A stretch of DNA of 64,000 nt, taken from contig OZ246411.1 in the NCBI GenBank assembly GCA_965231055.1, positions 48,334-112,333 of the forward strand. Reading direction: 5' to 3'. Under the pieces are notes generated by a model that was given only the letters and a program-made list of their open reading frames with translations, was not told the DNA's origin and searched no databases. Numbering within the stretch: position 1 is the first letter of the stretch; each line of letters opens with the position of its first letter. Made by a program: the position numbers and the translations under genes. The stretch is from an uncultured Candidatus Saccharibacteria bacterium. GTDB lineage: Bacteria > Patescibacteriota > CALEFQ01 > G965231055. Below are positions 59,626 through 64,000 of this stretch, piece after piece.

Positions 59626-60609
59626 CTACTTTCTATAATTACGCCAGTTAGCGATAAACATTGGCCACATTCTGGCATGAATAAAAGCTCTTTGAGCTAC
59701 GCTAACATGACATCCCCTAGGAACGACTTTTCTGAGATCGACGTTATTATTTCTAGAAGTCATAACCAAAACTTTTTCGGAATAATCGTTTCGAAAAATT
59801 ATTCCGGCTACAACCACATTGGGATATTTTTTTTCAATCTCTTTCCAGAAAACACTAAAATTTATATTTCTTCCATCTGTGGGCTGATTGCGAAGATCAC
59901 ATTGCACAACATCCCTTCCTCCTGGCACCAGATTGGCATATTCATTGGCGATATATGCAGCCTTGGCGCTAGCGCGACTTTTGAGTTGAGCTGAAAATTC
60001 AACCAATCTGTCAAAATGTTGTCGACTCATTTCTCCAGAAAACCAATCAATCAGTTTTTTGTAGCAATCCCTCCTCTCTTGTGAGTAAACTTTTTGTGAA
60101 GCATTCAGGCTTGGATAATTGAAATTCAAAAAGTTGGCAACCATTATCCCCGTTTCCGAAATCGGCTCTGTTCCAAATCTGCCATCTATCCTCCTAATAT
60201 CAGGGATCATTCGTTCATAAGTAATCCCACATCCTCTTAAAAAAGAGAAGAAACCATCCATGTCGTCGTGAAAAAAAACTTTCTTTACCTTTTTCGCGAG
60301 CCACAATCTGGGTTGCACAAGTTCACAACAAGATGGAGCCAAATCCCTGCTTTTTAAAATGGTAGAAATACATTTCTTGTAGGGAAAAGGAATTGATGGA
60401 TTGTACGGAAGATGATGATCAATATACATTCGTAATAGTTGCTCGGCCCCGGAAAGTAATCTATGAATGTGAAAGCTAAGCGCAACATCAACAAAGGCAA
60501 TCTCACATTTATCTTTGTTTACTTCTTCAATTAGCCTTTTCACCATACCCTTGCCCATCTTAGGCTTCACAGCGAAACCAGTAACTCCACGACACTCAAC
60601 TTTTATCAT
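59626..60609 (-). CDS. hypothetical protein with weak DHH/DHHA1-like motifs
   Basis: FFHDDMDGFFS and PRGCHVSVAQRAF; start at MIKVECRG with SD aaaggag. Confidence 0.35.
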   Translation of the reverse strand: MIKVECRGVTGFAVKPKMGKGMVKRLIEEVNKDKCEIAFVDVALSFHIHRLLSGAEQLLRMYIDHHLPYNPSIPFPYKKCISTILKSRDLAPSCCELVQPRLWLAKKVKKVFFHDDMDGFFSFLRGCGITYERMIPDIRRIDGRFGTEPISETGIMVANFLNFNYPSLNASQKVYSQERRDCYKKLIDWFSGEMSRQHFDRLVEFSAQLKSRASAKAAYIANEYANLVPGGRDVVQCDLRNQPTDGRNINFSVFWKEIEKKYPNVVVAGIIFRNDYSEKVLVMTSRNNNVDLRKVVPRGCHVSVAQRAFIHARMWPMFIANWRNYRK

Positions 60610-60763
60610 CTCGATCTCCTTTCTGAATGCGCTAAACTTAGCGGAAAAAGTTAGATCAAACCTAGTTTTAAATGAACACTCAAAACTACAATTTATCCCA
60701 AAATATGTCAACCAAGCCAAAGACATCATACCCAAGTTCTTTTGTGGTATAATCTTAGACGAA

Positions 60764-62050
60764 ATGAATAGACTCAAAACAAATAAGTCCTCATATATTA
60801 TTTTACCCATCTTGATGTTGGTGTTTTGTATTTTATTGATTCCAACCTCAAAGATAAATGCGGATAAGCTTGAAGATAAAAAAGCCGAACTTAGAGAACT
60901 TGAAAACAAAATCTCAGAAGCTCAAAAAGATGTGAGCTCAAAGCAATCTCAAAATTTTACACTCCAAAACTATATTAGTCAGCTGGAATCTGAAATAGAA
61001 AAGCTGAGACTTGAAATGGAAAAATCCCAAAAAGAATTGAGCATCACTGAAACCGAAATAGAGCAAAAACAAAAAAGTTTGGACGAACTTAATTCAGAAA
61101 TGAGTAGAAAAAAAATCGCACTCAAATCTTACATCCAACACATATCTAGACAAAGTAGCCATTCGGCCTTTGAGCTCATGCTTTCTACTTCAAAACTCTC
61201 AAAGTTTTTCAGACTTTTCAATTATGCTAGATCTATAGAAAGAAAAGTTTACGAGTCCACAATGGAACTCAAGGAAGTAAGAGATAAAATGAATCAAGAA
61301 AAAGAGGGACTTGAAAACAAAATGAATCAGCAAAAAATAACTTCCTCGACTTTGTTTGAACAGCAAAAACAAGCTGATCTAAAAAAACAGGAAAGTGAAA
61401 TTTTACATGGTAGAAATGAAAGCGAAATAAAAAACCTAGAAGATGTTATGTCGAGCACAACCGACCTCACCACGCAACTTCGCAACCAAATATTTCAGCT
61501 TGAAAGCAATGGCAAATCGGTAAAATTTACAGACGCGGTAGATGCAGCGAGATTTGCAGAAAAAGCCACGGGAGTTGAAGCGCCACTACTTCTCGGAATC
61601 ATGTCCCAAGAATCAGGACTAGGAAGAAATGTGGGCCAATGCGTTTATGAAGGCAACATGAATCCAGAACAATATGGAGTGTTTTTTGACATCATGGATG
61701 ATCTAAAAAAAGATCCCAAAAGCGTCAGGGTATCATGCAAACCTCAAACTTACAGTGGCTGGGGAGGTGCTATGGGACCTGGTCAGTTTATTCCTTCCAC
61801 ATGGGCAGCGTATAAACCACAAGTAGAATCCATAACACATCGAAGTGCGGATCCTTGGGAAATTACTGATGCAATGATTGCCATAGGACTTTATGTAAAA
61901 GCGCATGGTGGCTCAACCATGGAAAATGCATCCACCAGAGGAGCTGTCGGACAATTTTTCGCTGGCTCAAATTGGCAAAATTATCCATGGTATGTCGATC
62001 AAGTTTATAGCAAGGCGCAAATCTTTAAAGAGCAAATGGGACGACTATAA
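60764..62050 (+). CDS. coiled-coil protein with C-terminal lytic transglycosylase (MltB-like) domain
   Basis: TM, long coiled coil, then SQESGLG and GAMGPGQFIPSTW motifs. Confidence 0.6.
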   Translation: MNRLKTNKSSYIILPILMLVFCILLIPTSKINADKLEDKKAELRELENKISEAQKDVSSKQSQNFTLQNYISQLESEIEKLRLEMEKSQKELSITETEIEQKQKSLDELNSEMSRKKIALKSYIQHISRQSSHSAFELMLSTSKLSKFFRLFNYARSIERKVYESTMELKEVRDKMNQEKEGLENKMNQQKITSSTLFEQQKQADLKKQESEILHGRNESEIKNLEDVMSSTTDLTTQLRNQIFQLESNGKSVKFTDAVDAARFAEKATGVEAPLLLGIMSQESGLGRNVGQCVYEGNMNPEQYGVFFDIMDDLKKDPKSVRVSCKPQTYSGWGGAMGPGQFIPSTWAAYKPQVESITHRSADPWEITDAMIAIGLYVKAHGGSTMENASTRGAVGQFFAGSNWQNYPWYVDQVYSKAQIFKEQMGRL

Positions 62051-62069
62051 ATCAGTTTAATCTTTTGTT

Positions 62070-63713
62070 TTGAATCTTAAATACAAAACCTCATCACTCC
62101 CCCGCAAATCAGGGGTTTATCTTTTCAAAGACGAGAAAGGAAAAATTTTGTATGTGGGAAAGGCTGTAGATCTCAAGTCTAGAGTAAATCAATATTTTCA
62201 AAAAGGTGCCACGCTAGAATACGGAAAAGAACAAATGGTCGCTCTAGCAAAAGACCTGGATCACATTATTACAGATAATGAGCTTGAGGCGCTGGTGCTT
62301 GAAGCGTCTTTAATAAAACAGCATAAACCCAAATACAATATTCGCCTCAAGGATGATAAATATTACAAATTTATTGTCATAGATTACACGACATCATTTC
62401 CCAAGATTTTTTCAACAAGACAAATAGAAAAAAAATCAAAAAACAAAAAATATTTTGGTCCATTCACCGATGGACTTGCCGTAAACGAAACACTAGAAAT
62501 ACTTCGCACCACTTTTAGATACAGAAATTGCTCGAGAGAAATACCAGAAAATCAGGCAGAAGCCAAAAGGAAAAACAAAAGACCATGCCTAGATTTTTAT
62601 ATAAAAAGATGCACGGCTCCCTGCGTTGGCTTGATTGATAAAAAACAATACCAAGAACAAATCAAAAACGCTGAAGAATTTTTGAAGGGAAAATCCGAAG
62701 ATCTAGAAAAAAAACTAAAAATCGAAATGCAAACGGCGGCACAGCTGATGGATTTTGAAAGAGCAACACTTCTAAGAGACCAAGTAAAAAGTCTCGCTAA
62801 AACAAGAGAAAAACAAAAAGTACTGTCTGTAAAAGGCGAAAACCAAGATATCATAGCGATAAACCAAGGAATAGTACTCATGCTGATTATACGAGATGGG
62901 AAGCTTTTGAATAAAGAAAAATTTGAGCTAGAAAATATTGACAAAGACCAATCCAAAACCCTCACATCCTTTCTTGAGCAATACTATATAAGGGAAAATA
63001 GTTTTCCCAAAGAAATAATAATACCTTTTAAAATCGATTCCACTCTCATTCAGAAGTTTTTTCAAGACAAAAATAATTCTGATCTACAAATAACCATTCC
63101 CGAAAAAGGCAAAAAACTAAGTTTACTAAAACTAGCACAAACAAACTTGGAAGAATTTCAAAAACAGGAAGTAAAAACCAAAAAACTTGCACGAGAAAAC
63201 CAATTGCAACAGCTTTTAAAAACTAAATCACCGATAAATCGCATAGAGGCTTATGATATTTCAAATATTCAAGGAAAATTTGCGACGGGATCCATGGTAG
63301 TTTTGAAAAACAATCAACCCCAAAAATCCGAATACAGAAAATTTAAAATCATCAGAGAGGGAGAACCAGATGATGTGGCGATGATGAGCGAAATGGTGCT
63401 ACGAAGACTAAACCATTCACAGTTCGCAAGAATCAAAAAAGACAAATGGGAGGATCCAGACCTCGTACTTTTGGATGGAGGCAAGGGGCAACTAAATGCT
63501 GTGAACAAAATCTTTGAATCACAAAAAGTCACTTGGCCCATTGCCGCAATTGCAAAAAAAGAAGAAGAACTATATCTACCAAATAGAAAAAATCCTATCG
63601 CACTAAAAAAATATCCAGAAATAATGAAATGCTTTCAGCTAATCAGAGATGAGGCGCATCGTTTTGCTATTACTTATCATAGAAAGCTCAGAAATAAAAA
63701 CAGTCTTAGATAA
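62070..63713 (+). CDS. uvrC: excinuclease ABC subunit UvrC
   Basis: N-terminal GIY-YIG GVYLFKDEKGKILYVGKA, UvrBC-binding and RNase-H-like endonuclease domains. Confidence 0.9.
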   Translation: MNLKYKTSSLPRKSGVYLFKDEKGKILYVGKAVDLKSRVNQYFQKGATLEYGKEQMVALAKDLDHIITDNELEALVLEASLIKQHKPKYNIRLKDDKYYKFIVIDYTTSFPKIFSTRQIEKKSKNKKYFGPFTDGLAVNETLEILRTTFRYRNCSREIPENQAEAKRKNKRPCLDFYIKRCTAPCVGLIDKKQYQEQIKNAEEFLKGKSEDLEKKLKIEMQTAAQLMDFERATLLRDQVKSLAKTREKQKVLSVKGENQDIIAINQGIVLMLIIRDGKLLNKEKFELENIDKDQSKTLTSFLEQYYIRENSFPKEIIIPFKIDSTLIQKFFQDKNNSDLQITIPEKGKKLSLLKLAQTNLEEFQKQEVKTKKLARENQLQQLLKTKSPINRIEAYDISNIQGKFATGSMVVLKNNQPQKSEYRKFKIIREGEPDDVAMMSEMVLRRLNHSQFARIKKDKWEDPDLVLLDGGKGQLNAVNKIFESQKVTWPIAAIAKKEEELYLPNRKNPIALKKYPEIMKCFQLIRDEAHRFAITYHRKLRNKNSLR

Positions 63714-64000
63714 TCAGCTTTGACGAAAAATAAAAATTTAAATTTTCACCATGCTACCAAAATCAAAACAAAACAAATACAAAAGAAGGGACAAAAAGCG
63801 AAGACCCAAAATGAAAGTTTCAGGCAAGTCAGTCATAAAACTTGCAGATTTGTCTAAAAGAAAATGACCGGCACACAAAGTGACGGTCACTATTTTCAAA
63901 GAGCGAGTTAATTAAATTTTGGGAGTGAGATCTGAAATGGCGAGTAATAGCTGGTCGTCTTCAAGACGGAAGAATTTTAGAGGAATTTCTCTGGAACACA

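Noticed and set aside
63790-64000. 38-aa basic ORF (MLPKSKQNKYKRRDKK...) and partial RsmD-like ORF at window edge
   Set aside because: No clear start or SD. The frame carrying the RsmD-like VIAGRLQDGRIL lacks an ATG after an upstream stop. It is too truncated to call.

Overview
This 64 kb window is a low-GC (about 33%) bacterial chromosome segment. Most genes lack Shine-Dalgarno sequences, and the gene content is consistent with an uncultivated small-genome lineage (CPR/Patescibacteria-like; that placement is inference). The backbone is housekeeping genes, almost all on the minus strand: dnaG-rpoD, tsaC, an ABC-2 transporter pair, rlmN, pyrG, speA-like, glmS, a DEAD-box helicase, an [FeFe]-hydrogenase, pyk, groES-groEL with a CIRCE operator, uvrA and uvrC. 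There are four tRNAs: Asn-GTT, Pro-GGG, Ser-GGA and Ser-CGA.

Several accessory or mobile signals are superimposed on this backbone:

1. A compact retron-like module at 52.7-53.9 kb. A structured non-coding region with a 10-bp a1/a2 inverted repeat lies immediately 5' of a 289-aa reverse transcriptase with retron-type motifs (KKNxRTISIQ, NLILH, SPAIF, YTRYVDNLTFSS). The YXDD box reads YVDN. It is flanked by an NTase-fold protein, a K/E-rich single-TM protein and a small 2-TM protein.
2. A roughly 410-bp GIY-YIG mini-element (8916-9325) with hairpin-containing terminal inverted repeats, inserted between the ABC ATPase and permease genes. Its ORF is interrupted by an in-frame TGA.
3. tRNA-Asn and tRNA-Pro are each preceded by a truncated 5'-half pseudo-copy carrying a GC-rich palindromic insert in the D-loop. 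tRNA 3'-end-like fragments lie downstream of both.
4. GC-rich (40-52%), strong-SD foreign genes sit directly 3' of tRNA-Asn (1-2.9 kb: TrmB regulator plus small genes with a conserved about 80-nt dyad-containing leader) and tRNA-Ser-GGA (P-loop kinase). Two GC-elevated singletons lie elsewhere (29.2 kb, 39.0 kb).
5. A RAYT/IS200-like HuH transposase next to groEL carries an in-frame REP-like GTAG-flanked palindrome.
6. Two families of intergenic word-repeats occur: AGTATTCAGT-type palindromic arrays 5' of four genes, and TTAGAAG/CTAGAAG/TTAGATG arrays in both tRNA-Ser leaders, the divergent 51.85-52.0 kb spacer, and a 110-bp palindrome 5' of uvrA.
7. A candidate about 165-nt sRNA (32.2 kb) and a DNA-repair gene cluster (UDG-like, endonuclease-V-like, SPL-like radical SAM) are also present.

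No rRNA or CRISPR array was seen.
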